Origin: Eledone cirrhosa
Lineage: Eukaryota
Length of the DNA stretch: 64,000 bases
Direction: 5' to 3'
NCBI GenBank assembly: GCA_964016885.1
Contig: OZ024743.1
Coordinates: 90,086,001 to 90,150,000 of the forward strand
Part shown: piece by piece, positions 13,201 through 24,667 of the stretch
How positions within the stretch are numbered: position 1 is the stretch's first letter
How the letters are laid out: each line of letters begins with the position of its first letter
Translations under genes and position numbers: made by a program
The notes under the pieces: generated by a model
The model's input: only the letters and a program-made list of their open reading frames with translations
Told to the model about the DNA's origin: nothing
Databases searched by the model: none

Positions 13201-14015
13201 ATGGTGTAGTGTAGTATGGTGTAGTGTAGTATGGTGTAGTGTAGTGTGGTGTAGTGTAGTGTGGTGTACTGTAGTATGGTGTAGTGTAGTATGGTGTAGT
13301 GTAGTATGGTGTAGTGTAGTGTGGTGTAGTGTAGTATGGTGTAGTGTAGTATGGTGTAGTGTAGTGTGGTGTAGTGTAGTATGGTGTAGCGTAGTATGGT
13401 GTAGTGTAGTGTGATGTAGTGTAGTATGGTGTAGTGTAGTATGGTGTAGTGTAGTGTGGTGTAGTGTAGTATGGTGTAATGTAGTATGGTGTAGTGTAGT
13501 ATGGTGTAGTGTAGTATGGTGTACTGTAGTATGGTGTAGTGTAGTGTGGTGTAGTGTAGTATGGTGTAGCGTAGTATGGTGTAGTGTAGTGTGATGTAGT
13601 GTAGTATGGTGTACTGTAGTGTGGTGTAGTGTAGTATGGTGTAGTGTAGTGTGGTGTAGTGTAGTATGGTGTAGTGTAGTATGGTGTAGTGTAGTGTGGT
13701 GTAGTGTAGTATGGTGTAGCGTAGTATGGTGTAGTGTAGTGTGATGTAGTGTAGTATGGTGTAGTGTAGTATGGTGTAGTGTAGTATGGTGTAGTGTAGT
13801 ATGGTGTAGTGTAGTATGGTGTGCCATAGAACAGTGTAGTATGGTGTAGGGTACTATGGTGTGGTGTACTATGGTGTGGTGTAATGTAGTGTGGTGCAAG
13901 GTAGTGTGGTGTACTGTACTATGGTGTACTGTAGAACAGTGTAGTGTAGTATGGTGTAGGGTACTATGGTGTGGTGTAGTGTAGTGCAGTGTGGTATAGG
14001 GTACTATAGTATGTT
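10211..14015. repeat. Pentamer-based satellite (GTAGT/GTGGT/ATGGT/GTACT/ATAGT) organised in 15-30-bp units
   Basis: About 3.8 kb, directly visible. It is the source of the spurious 1229-aa H/T/Y ORF. Confidence 0.97.
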
Positions 14016-14134
14016 ACACTATACTACTGAGTAGTACGACAATGTTAATCTATTCTGAGAATGTCTAGAATGTCTTTAATAAATCTAATAAGAATTTCAC
14101 TTCAATATAAAAGCCAATGAGATACAGTACTTAC

Positions 14135-14264
14135 CAATGTCCTGAGATATGAATGCTAAGGGCCTTCTATAGATCCATAATAAACGATTAGCATCAACTC
14201 TTACATCAATGAAGTTGGTCGTAAGAGCAATAAATGGTGCCAATGGAAATGATGCAGCAAACAG
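14135..14264 (-). CDS. Anoctamin/TMEM16-family internal exon (TM7-TM8)
   Basis: ttctag acceptor and GTAAGT donor; 130 nt. LFAASFPLAPFIALTTNFIDVRVDANRLLWIYRRPLAFISQDI-G is the hallmark anoctamin FPLAP..AL.NN..E.R.DA...RRP.....DIG segment. Too short to appear in the ORF track. Confidence 0.95.
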
Positions 14265-14704
14265 CTAGAAATATATAATATATGATATATAATATATTTT
14301 CCTATACAGCTAAATCTGCTCTTCTTTACCCCTTCCTACCCCACCCCAACTTTCTTTCGTTTCTTGATTTTGTTTTTATCCTTTTTTAATATTTTCATCA
14401 TTGTATAACTTTTGTACAATAAACTTAATTTAAAAAATAAATAAATAAATAAAATATAAGATATTATATATAAATATTGTTATAATTTTGGAGGGTCATT
14501 CTGCCAATTATATTGGCAGCATGGCCCTCTAAGAGTATAACAATATCTGTTTCTACACACATTTCTAGATAAAAATCTTACAAAACAAATATAAAAACGA
14601 AATTCTATATAAATATATATATTGTAAGAAACTTCATAGCTTTCCTGAATGTCTTGATAACTTCTTCATTTCATGTTTCAGGTGTATATACATTGCAAAA
14701 TAGT

Positions 14705-14935
14705 CGTGTGGGTGTCACAACAAAAAGCACCCACTTCACGCTGTAAAGTGGTCATGTAGGCGACATGGCAAAAAGCACACAGCGCACACTATAAATGTGG
14801 TTGGCATTAGGAAACCAAGCCAAAATCAGTTCTGTGGGAGTAAATCACGGTCCCCCAACCTGATCCCTCACGAAGGGACAGCCCATCCCACCCATGCTAA
14901 CGTGGATGGATGTTAAACGATGATGATGATGATAT
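14705..14935 (+). mobile_element. Retroposon 3' end with (GAT)n tail (family C)
   Basis: aaaaagcaccca...tggcattaggaa...cccacccatgc...gttaaacgatgatgat. Homologous to 15125-15285 and to reversed copies at ~16110 and ~26890. Confidence 0.6.
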
Positions 14936-14944
14936 ATATATATG

Positions 14945-15112
14945 GAGGCACATGGCTTAGTGGTTAGAACATTGGCCTTCCAATCAAAAGGTTGTGAGTT
15001 CAATTCTCAGACCGGGAGATGTGTTGTTTCCTTGAGCAAGACACTTTATTTCACATTGTTCCAGTTTACTCAGCTGTAGAAATGAGATGATAGGGACTGG
15101 GGTCCCTATCAT
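14945..15112 (+). mobile_element. tRNA-derived SINE (family A)
   Basis: Near-identical to 405-570, including A/B boxes and the atgatagggac-N4-gtccctatcat hairpin. Confidence 0.8.
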
Positions 15113-15124
15113 TCCACTGCAAAG

Positions 15125-15285
15125 TGATCGTGGAGGTGCCACGGCAAAAAAGCACCCACCACTCACTGTAAATGAGGTTGGTGTTAGGAAGGGCATCCAG
15201 CTGTAGAAATCAAGCCAGAATCAGTTCCCGTCCCACCCTTGCAAGCAGGGAAAAGCGGACGTAAAATAATGATGATGATGATTAT
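15125..15285 (+). mobile_element. Retroposon 3' end with (GAT)n tail (family C)
   Basis: aaaaagcaccca...ttaggaagggcatccagctgtagaaa...gcggacgtaaaataatgatgat. Confidence 0.6.
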
Positions 15286-15468
15286 ATGTGTGTGTGTGTG
15301 TGTAGTGGTAGAACACTGAGAGGTTTATCCGTAGTAGTAGAGCACTAAGTCAATGGGACGAGTTTGGTAGAAGTTAGTTCCACAACAGTTAATAAACCAT
15401 TATCAAGGACACGTGTTCCACCTTGCAGATCTTCACACTCAACTGTGTATATATATATATATATATAT

Positions 15469-15583
15469 AGGAACGAGTAGGACCCCGACGGTCCTACTCG
15501 TTCCTATTACCCACTCTACTACCCTAAGTATTGAGTACTTTGGTGCGTTATGGTCCACCTGGTTCCTTACCACATTTCCTTCG

Positions 15584-15585
<2 letters not shown>
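15469..15585. mobile_element. Hairpin-capped element inserted in (TA)n
   Basis: ggaacgagtaggacc-ccgac-ggtcctactcgttcc hairpin followed by an ~80-bp tail shared with 28400-28466. (TA)n on both sides. Confidence 0.65.
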
Positions 15586-15640
<55 letters not shown>

Positions 15641-16458
15641 AGAGTATTGAAGTTTGCTTGAAGCATTGTGGAATAATAAAAAAAATTTTTTTTTTTTTCG
15701 TTTTGGAAGCCTCAACAATGCAGATGGGTAAATCTCCGGGTAACAGAATCTGGTGGTGAAGAGAGAGATGTAAGGGAATGTAGAATGAGATGTAAAGTGT
15801 GTAGAGGAACGTAGGAAAGAGCATAAAAAATAAAAATAACATGAGATAGAGTTACCTTGGGAGAGATTTAATTGTCCCTATATTTCGGATTCGCATCCAT
15901 CAAATGGGGGGTTTTCCGAGGGGGAAAGTTATCTGTCAGAGAGGAACGGTACGTGGCTTCTGTTGTCCGCTGTTTGTGTGTAACTGAGGTATTCTGTAGA
16001 GCGCACGTGCGCGCGGAATAGGTGCGGTCAAGCAAAGGTCAAAGCAGCTCCTTTTTATTGTGGGAGTGGGATGGCGTTAGCTATATATATATATATATAT
16101 ATATATATTATCATCATCATGGAGTTTTACATCCATTTTTCCATGCTGACATGGGTTGGACAAAGTGTTTTGAAGCAATGTTTTACAGCCAGATGCCCTT
16201 CCTCACACCCACCCATTTAGTTGCCTCGTATCACAAGCAGGGATGTGGTGTACCTATTCAGAAAACATGTATATATACACATAGATATATGCACATAATT
16301 ATATCTATATTACCTCTGGACTAAACAACATCAGCAGTTAAGATTACTCACCATTAAATATCCATATTGAACCATAGTCTTTATGCAAATGAGGCTGACC
16401 TAGGGCTAAACAACAACAAGAAACAACAACAACAATGGTAACAGTCAAGTTTACCCAC

Positions 16459-16666
16459 CATTAAATATCCATATTGGATCATTTTCTCTGTGAATTCCTC
16501 CAGTGTAAAGTCACAAAGAACAGGCTTCCTTTCTTCCTCTTGTATCCACATTTCTAAAGGAATCTTTTTACTTTCCCCTTCACCAGCAACACTATCACCC
16601 ACATTGTTGATTTTGGAACCCAAATTGGCCCTTAGATGTATTCGACGCCATAGCTTTCTCAATTGC
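16459..16666 (-). CDS. Anoctamin/TMEM16-family internal exon (TM6-7 loop and start of TM7)
   Basis: ttttcag acceptor and GTGGGT donor; 208 nt (1 nt + 69 codons). QLRKLWRR...DFTLEEFTEKMIQYGYLM matches the anoctamin EY.EM..QFG motif. Phases fit both neighbouring exons. Confidence 0.9.
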
Positions 16667-16724
16667 CTGAAAATACAATGAACACTATAGTTCAGATAGT
16701 TAATGGAGAAATTTGGTACTTATT

Positions 16725-17780
16725 TTACTTTAGGTTTCATCTAAAGGACAGTACTATGTCTCTGGATTTCACCGGTCATCTTAACCCTTTAGCATTTAAA
16801 CCGTTGTATCTGGCCAGAATTCTCTCGATTCTTTCTGTTCAAACCAGTCATAATTGGCCACTCATACTGATGTTAAGGTACTGTTCTCAAAATAAATAAC
16901 ATCAAAATCTCATAGATTTGATAGTATGTGGGATAATTCTGTGAGATAAAGCCTTTACCACAAAAATACAATAGTATATATAGAGTAATGTAAATGCTAA
17001 AAGGTTATACCAGTATGATTAATGTGGGTTTGGTCTGACTGAATGACTGTATCTCTGGCCTTAACAAACCACCCCAGACCAAGGAAATCAATTTTGTTTT
17101 GTCAAGAGGAAGGTATTGTCTGTAACCTTCACAGACCATCCAAAACTGAATAAGATCAATGTGGGTTTCATCTGAAGGAAGCTATTGTGTCTCTGGCCTT
17201 CACTGGTCATCTCAAACCAGGGAGATTTATTTATGTGGGTTTCATCTGAAGGAAGCTATTGTGTCTCTGGCCTTTACTGGTCATCTCAAACCAGGGAGAT
17301 TTATTTATGTGGGTTTGGTCTGAAAGAAAGTAATATGCCTCTGACCTTAACAGGTCAGCTGAGACTAGTAGGATCAACATAGGCTTGGTCTGAAGGAAGG
17401 TATTGATCCTGTAACCATCACTGATCATTCCAGGCCAGGGAGATCAACGTTGTTTTTATTTGAAGAAAGGTAATGTGTCTGTTGCTTTCGTTACCAGCCT
17501 GGCCAAAACTGGCTCGGGTCCTGTGAAATAAAACTACCCATTTTAAGGGTTTCCAATTTAAATTTAAATTTTCCAACATAATTTTACATAAGAACCTTAA
17601 ATTAAGTTACTATCTTAGTAATGAAATAATTAATAATTTTAGTAAACCACTCAAAATTCTTCATTAATTAATTGAAATAGAGTGTATTTCGTGAGAAATG
17701 CAATCATGAAAAGGATACCAGGTCATCAAAGTCTAGTGGAATCAACGTGAATTTGGTCTGAAAGAATGTAATATGTCTGC
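16725..17780. repeat. Old ~70-74-bp degenerate tandem array interrupted by MITEs
   Basis: Recurrent tgtgggttt(c/g)(a/g)tctgaaggaag...tctctggcctt..c.ggtcatc. Two near-identical units at 17160-17310. Confidence 0.65.
16781..17008. mobile_element. piggyBac-like MITE (TTAA-CCCTTT termini)
   Basis: ttaaccctttagcattta ... taaatgctaaaaggttata. A reversed homologue lies at ~30085-30240. Confidence 0.65.
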
Positions 17781-17838
17781 AAACAGTAAAAGAGACATTC
17801 TCAAAAACTAAACAATCTCACTGTATTTACATCAGTTG

Positions 17839-18070
17839 TAACCCTTTCTTTATCATATTTCTAATGGTTTTCAAATAATTTTGAAAATATTCAATAATTT
17901 GAAAGGATTTAGTAATATAACTTTCTCATGATTAAACTAGTGTTTGGAACATAATTTAACAAAGATCATCAAACCAGATCAAAGAAAATTATGATGGAAA
18001 GTACTTTAAAATAAAGTTTTGTATCATAGAACCAGAGGTAGTGTCAGATGGTTTATATCAAAAGGGTTAA
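17839..18070. mobile_element. piggyBac-like MITE (TAACCCTTT...AAAGGGTTAA)
   Basis: Inverted termini around an AT-rich interior. Confidence 0.5.
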
Positions 18071-18165
18071 AGGAAGTGATAAATTCTTTAAAGGGGGGAT
18101 AATTTTAATTATTTCTTCAAGGTTTTCAGCTACACATGGTTAATATTTGAGCAATCTAGGATGGT

Positions 18166-18378
18166 GGATTGGCAGCATCGGTAGAGCATCGGACAACATG
18201 CTTTATGGCATAGGGTTACACTCCTTTACGATCTGAGTTCAAATCCTGCCAAGGCTAGCTTTGCTTTACATCCTTACGGGGTCAATAAAATAAAGTACCA
18301 GTAATGCACTGGCGTCGATTTAATCGACTTTCCTCTCCCTAAAATTATTGGCCTTGTGCCTAAATCAGAAACCAATAT
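18166..18378 (+). mobile_element. tRNA-derived SINE (family B)
   Basis: Homologous to 6478-6662 and 29423-29632. Confidence 0.75.
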
Positions 18379-18459
18379 TTGAGCAATCTATGTATTGTAT
18401 TTTATCGATTTTTTCTGGATTATTCCATGAGAATTTTCTTTTAAAAATTGGCCACAGTG

Positions 18460-18785
18460 ATAATAATAATGAAAATTGTTGTGTACAGTGCTCAGGTGCA
18501 CTACAACTCATCAAAGGTGCAAGTATAGTACATAGAATAATGTACAAATGTCAGGAAAGTGAACTGTGTATGAGTCATGATATACACACAGACACACACA
18601 CACACATGCATGCGTGTGTAAGTAGGTGGGATATCAGGTGTAGCATTGGCGAATTTCAGGAAGCGTGGAAGTTTGAAGGATGCAGTGTCCCAACAGCTAA
18701 CAACTGATGTAGGTAGTTTGTTCCATGCTTCAGCATCTCTGAGCATGAAAATATGTTTCCGAAAATCAATCACAACTGATATTAC
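18460..18785 (-). mobile_element. CR1/L2-like LINE 3' end
   Basis: Minus strand reads DFRKHIFMLRDAEAWNKLPTSVVSCWDTASFK (CR1/L2 ORF2 C-terminal F..R....WN.LP..V motif), then a 3' UTR and (ATT)n tail. A second copy lies at 29665-29915. Confidence 0.75.
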
Positions 18786-18895
18786 AAACTTTCCCAAGTA
18801 AAGATACTATAAACATTTTCATTAACAAACCCATTTAAAAACTTGTTCTGCTTAAAACATTACAAGGATGTTATGAGTTGATCAAGTTTACTTAC

Positions 18896-19041
18896 GGTAG
18901 GATGATATCCTTCATAAATTTAGGGATTGGTTTGGTGAACATAAGAACCATGACCTGTATTGATAGTTGAGACATACAACTCCCTTCACATTTGTCTTGG
19001 TAAACTGAACCCATTCCCATAATGCCATTCTCTAAAAATCT
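18896..19041 (-). CDS. Anoctamin/TMEM16-family internal exon (TM5-TM6 loop and TM6)
   Basis: ttcag acceptor and GTAAG donor. Translates RFLENGIMGMGSVYQDKCEGSCMSQLSIQVMVLMFTKPIPKFMKDIIL-P, matching the anoctamin C..GC..EL.IQL..IM..K motif. Ends in phase 2 (CC), which joins G at 16666 to give Pro. The acceptor could alternatively be 2 nt further in (19039). Confidence 0.88.
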
Positions 19042-19155
19042 CTGAATGATAAAAGAAATGTAAAAATGTAAAAATAACAACAACAAATATCAAGAATTGA
19101 AAATATCACAGGAAAGCAGTAAAGAGATAGATAGCAACTTCATTTTATCTTATAA

Positions 19156-19256
19156 AGGAAGAAAGAAAGAAGGAAAGAAGGAAAGAAGGAAAGAAAGAAG
19201 AAAGAAAGAAAGAAAGAAGGAAAGAAGGAAAGAAGGAAAGAAAGAAAGAAAGAAAT
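19156..19256. repeat. (GAAA/GAAG)n microsatellite
   Basis: Directly visible. Confidence 0.9.
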
Positions 19257-19411
19257 GAAACTAGCCAAATATCATATCAGACCAAGAAAACTATGTTTCC
19301 ATTGGTCTTTCCATTGTTGATACTATCTGTCAGTCACTTTATCAACTGCAAAAGGGTGAAAGCAAAGTTGTTATTTGAAGTTAGACCACCAATCCATCCA
19401 CAGCTATCTAT

Positions 19412-20138
19412 ATCCACCTTATGTCACAACTGTCAATGTCCACCTTATGTAACAACTGTCAATGTCCACCTTATGTCACAACTGTCATTGTCCACATTAT
19501 GTCACAACTGTCAATGTCCACCTTATGTAGCAACTGTCAATGTCCACCTTATGTCACAACTGTCAATGTCCACCTTATGTCATAACTGTCAATGTCTACC
19601 TGATGTCACAACTGCCAATGTCCACCTTATGTAACAATTGTTGGTGCCCACCTTATGTAACAATTGTTAATATCCACCTTATGTAACAACTGTCAATGTC
19701 CACCTTATGTCACAACTGTCATTGTCCACCTTATGTCACAACTGTCAATGTCCACCTTTTATGTCACAGCTGTCAATGTCCACCTTTATGTCACAACTGT
19801 CGATGTCCACCTTATGTAACAACTGTCAATGTCCACCTTATGTCACAACTGTCATTGTCCACCTTATGTCACAACTGTCAATGTCCACCTTATGTAGCAA
19901 CTGTCAATATCCACCTTATGTAACAACTGTCAATGTCCACCTTATGTCACAACTGTCATTGTCCACCTTATGTCACAACTGTCAATGTCCACCTTTTATG
20001 TCACAGCTGTCAATGTCCACCTTTATGTCACAACTGTCGATGTCCACCTTATGTCACAACTGTCAATGCCCACCTTATGTCAAAACTGTCAATATCCACC
20101 TTATGTCACAACTGTCAATGTCCACCTTATGTCAAAAC
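19412..20138. repeat. 26-bp minisatellite, about 27 copies
   Basis: Unit tccaccttatgtcacaactgtcaatg, with an internal ~237-bp block duplicated (19696 vs 19933). Confidence 0.95.
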
Positions 20139-20397
20139 TAAGACCACCAAGCCAAACATAATGTGTGTTGAGTTTCTTCTGTAACTTTATCTATTTATTC
20201 TACTAAATATCTGTCAGTGGAATCTTGTTGGACAATGTGTTACATATGAAGCAACACAGAGCAAGGGGGGGGGATAGAGAGAGTTAGACAGTGTCAGAGC
20301 TGGGGGAGAGGAGGGATAGAGAGAGGGTAGTAGAGAGTTAGACAGAATGAGAGATGGGGAACAGAGAGAAGATGAGGAAGAAACAGAGAGAGAGGGA

Positions 20398-20524
20398 TAC
20401 ATACATACATGCATGCATGCATGCATGCATACATACATACATACATACATACATACATACATACATACATACATACATACATACATACATACATACATAC
20501 AAGAAGAAGAGAGAAGCACATCTG

Positions 20525-20560
<36 letters not shown>
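20398..20560. repeat. (ATAC)n/(ATGC)n and (GA)n microsatellites
   Basis: Directly visible. Confidence 0.9.
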
Positions 20561-20564
<4 letters not shown>

Positions 20565-20619
20565 CTGGTCTCATCAGTTTTGTTATTGCAAGTCATAATT
20601 AAATATAATCTTGTGTGGA

Positions 20620-21335
20620 GATGAAGGAGGGGTAGAGTATGGGGGAGAGGAAGAGAAAAGGGGCGAAAGAGGCAGATAAAAAAAGCAAGAGAGGGGTGGG
20701 TGATAAAGAGAGCAATAGAGGGAGAGAAAGGGGGAGAGGGGGAGATAAAGAAAGCAATAGAGGAGTGTAAGATAAAGAGAGCAATAGAGGGAGAGGAAGG
20801 GGAAAGAGTGATATGAAGACAGCAAGAGAGGGGTGGGTGGTAAAGAGAACAAGAGAGGGGTGTGAGGTAAAGAGGGCAAGAGAAAGGGGGAGATGAAGAG
20901 AGCAAGAGAGGGGGGAGATGAAGCGAACAAGAGAGGGGTGTGAGGTAAAGAGGGCAAGAGAAAGGGGGAGATGAAGAGAGCAAGAGAGGGGGGAGATGAA
21001 GAGAGCAAGAGAGGGGGGAGATGAAGCGAACAAGAGAGGGGTGTGAGGTAAAGAGGGCAAGAGAGAGGGGGAGATGAAGCGAACAAGAGAGGGGTGTGAG
21101 GTAAAGAGGGCAAGAGAGAGGGGGAGATGAAGCGAACAAGAGGGGGGGGGGTGAGGTAAAGAGGGCAAGAAAAAGGGGGAGATGAAGAGAGCAAGAGAGG
21201 GGGGGAGATGAAGCGAACAAGAGAGGGGTGTGAGATAAAGAGGGCAAGAGAGAGGGAGAGATGAAGAGAGCAAGAGAGGGGGGGAGATGAAACGAACAAG
21301 AGAGGGGTGTGAGGTAAAGAGGGCAAGAGAGGGGG
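20620..21335. repeat. Purine-rich ~22-24-bp minisatellite with alternating subunits
   Basis: Alternating caagagaggggtgtgaggtaaagaggg and caagagaggggggagatgaag units. Confidence 0.85.
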
Positions 21336-21464
21336 TCCCCAAGATCTGTAACATCCCTCTGTCTTAACATTTCACTTCAGTTTGTCATCACTTGACCACA
21401 GCTGATGACAGAATGAACACATAACCTTACATACACTCTTCTACATAATATCTAACAATAAACA

Positions 21465-21514
21465 ACTGTGTATGTGTATACGTGTGTATGTGCGTTTGTC
21501 AGTGTGTGTGCATA

Positions 21515-21579
<65 letters not shown>

Positions 21580-21580
21580 C

Positions 21581-21616
<36 letters not shown>

Positions 21617-21686
21617 TGCGCACGTGTGTGTGTGTGTATACATATATGTGTGTATGTGTATACGTGTGTATGTGCGTTTGTCAGTG

Positions 21687-21719
<33 letters not shown>

Positions 21720-21832
21720 GAATGCGCACCTGTGTGTGTGTGTATACATATATGTGTGTATGTGTATACGTGTGTATGTGCGTTTGTCAGTGTGTGTGCA
21801 TATATATATATACATATATATACATACACACC

Positions 21833-21872
<40 letters not shown>

Positions 21873-21975
21873 TGCGCACGTGTGTGTGTATGTGTATACA
21901 TATATGTGTGTATGTGGATATGTGGGTGTGTGTATATATATATATGTGTGTGTGTGTGTTTGCATGTTTGCATGG

Positions 21976-22055
<80 letters not shown>

Positions 22056-22092
22056 CTGTGTGTATGTGTATATATATCATCATCATCATCGT

Positions 22093-22140
<48 letters not shown>

Positions 22141-22190
22141 ACGTGTGTGTGTGTGCATGTGTGTGTGTGTATATATACATATATGTACGC
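21465..22190. repeat. Compound (TA)n/(TG)n array with a triplicated larger unit
   Basis: tatacgtgtgtatgtgcgtttgtcagtgtgtgtgca-(TA)n-tgaatgcgcac occurs three times. Confidence 0.9.
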
Positions 22191-23289
22191 ATGTGAAATG
22201 CTAGCGTGAAAAATGGACGTTAAACGAAGATGATGATGATGATGATGATGATAAAATATTCTGGACCCTGACGGCTGAGCTCCTGCCGTTTCAACAACTA
22301 GTATATGTTTATGTATATGTTTATGTATATGTATATATGTGTGTGTGTGCTTGTGATGTGTGTGTTTCAAGATTAAAAAAGACAAATAGATACAAATACA
22401 GAAAGTTTGATTAGTTTTACAAGTGCGGGAAATTAGTATCAGACGTTAGTCTTTCATCAGAAAAGAGTAAAGCTAGGAGAAAGGGAAGAGGTTGGGAAGT
22501 TAAAAAGATAAAGTAAAAAACAGATTTATTAGGATGAGTGAGGTGGGCAGGCATATGTATGTATGTATATATGTATGTAAGGGAGACATAACTAAATACT
22601 ACAAAGCTTCATGCCCGGTTCTCTAGCGATTCTGGCAATTTATCATTACCGTACACTGAGGGCTTCTATGTGGTTACTGAACCCACTGAAAATAGCAGCC
22701 AAATTCCCTTAAATCACGCCCAGCCAAATTCTGTCTAAGAAAGGGACACGTTAGATAATGTGGATCCTGGGTTTCCAGCATATCGGAAAACAATAGGATG
22801 ATCACGATTGGAATGTTTATGATAATGGGTGTGCTTGATCAGCACCGATAGACCTGGGGTTAAACAACTACGTAAAATAAGAGAACAGGTTAAGTACCGA
22901 ATTAAATTGTTTGACATTCTGCAGTTATCTCCCTTCAAGTTGAGGTCATCCTTTACTTTCGTCCGGTACTGGTTTGGTAAAATAAGTACCAGTAATGCGC
23001 TGGTTATGTCTCTCTTCTTTCCTAAATAAGTGCCAGTTATACAATGGTCCCATCTAACTCTTCTATCAAATAAGTACCAGCTGTGTACTGGATCCATCTA
23101 AATCCTCTCCGCAACCAAATAAACAACAGTCATTTATCAGTTTTATTTAATTCTAAAAACACCAAACATGTACCAGTCATGTACTGGGTCTATTTGAACT
23201 GCTGTCTCTCTTAAAATATATACCAAAAATATAATGATTTCTTGTATAGAAATCAGTAATTTTGGGGAGGGTAAAGTCTATTGGATCGA

Positions 23290-23440
23290 ACCCAGTACGT
23301 TGCTGGTGCTTTATTTTATCGGCCCCGTGGGGATGGGGGGCAGGGTTGGACTCGGCGGGATTTGAGCTCAGACCGTGGGGGGCCGTAACTCTATGCTGTA
23401 AAATATGGTGTTCAACTCTACCGATGCTGCCGGTCCACCG
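23290..23440 (-). mobile_element. Family-B SINE, reversed and degenerate
   Basis: ctggtgctttattttatcggcccc...ggcgggatttgagctcaga...ctctaccgatgctgcc is the reverse complement of the family-B body and head. Confidence 0.65.
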
Positions 23441-24589
23441 CCCCAAAACCGGAAATGTAACGGTGTTCATTTTCTAACCCCTCCACAAATTTGTAGCCTT
23501 GCTCTTGATGCAAAATACTTAAACCACTTTTTTAATATCACAGTGTTGAACAGTATTGTTTTGATGGTGTCTCAACCCACGGGTATTACTGGTACTTCTC
23601 TTAAGCTTACGAGCTCGGTCTGGATGTTTGCATAATTTTGATTTCATATATTTGAAAGCATAACAACAACAAAAAGAACAATAACAACTCTAAGAAAAAT
23701 AACGTTAAAAAATAGTTTCCATCAATAACAACAGCAGCAGCAATAGCAATAACAGCTGATGGATTCTCCGTCGGTTTCGACAATGAACATTCAGTTGTTC
23801 GATCAACTGAACGTTCAACTCGTGGTCGAAAATTTCATAGACACTTATAATTCATATTCGGAATCTGCGTGTAAAGCCAACCAAGCCTTTGAATTACAAG
23901 TAAAACCCCTCTCATATTACAGTGTAAGGGGTTGGGTATTTTGTGGACACGTGAACCCTTAATGTAATTCCCATACCAAATAAAGATGATACGATATGTG
24001 ACAAGGCTGGACCTTTGAAGTACAGGTTCAGTCCATAGGATGGGCTTCCATATTGTTTCCGTCCACCCAATTTTACTCAGAAGCTTGGGTTAACCCGAGT
24101 CTATGATAATGACTTGCCCAAGATGCTACACAGTAGGATTGAATCCGAGACCACGCGATAACAATAACCACAACAGTAACAATATCAGCAACAACAATTA
24201 GTCAACGAGGGAGCTATTAAGTGGTTAGTCTACGTGCTAGAAATAGCACCATGATCTTCTTCAAATCATAACTCAACTATTTTAAAGAGAAAGAACTCCT
24301 TGAACAAGGATGTCTTAAATATTCGGTGTCTGTTGAATCAGGACATTCCATAACTCTTCAAGATCACCATCACGCCTACATAACATCACCACCATCACCA
24401 CCACCATGGATATTAATACAACACCATCACCATCAACATCATCACTGTAAGACAACCACCAAGAACAGCAAGCACTGTCATCAACATCAACACTACGAAC
24501 ACCAGACAAACCACCCAAAAACTACCAACTACGCTACCAACAAGCCACACGCCTACCACCAACATCATATATATATATATGTGCATTCC

Positions 24590-24667
24590 TGTATGTATGT
24601 ATGTATGTATGTATGTATGTATGTATGTATGTATGTATGTATGTATGTATGTATGTATGTATATGTG
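24590..24667. repeat. (TATG)n microsatellite
   Basis: Directly visible. Confidence 0.9.

Noticed and set aside
10210-13899. 1229-aa His/Thr/Tyr-rich ORF (possible structural or metal-binding protein)
   Set aside because: It is translated pentamer satellite whose C/A-rich strand rarely forms stops. It has no ATG start or unique domain, and read-through from the exon at 14135 hits TGA within ~13 codons.
19293-20184. Cys-rich ORFs (LCHNCQCPPY)
   Set aside because: Frames of a 26-bp minisatellite.
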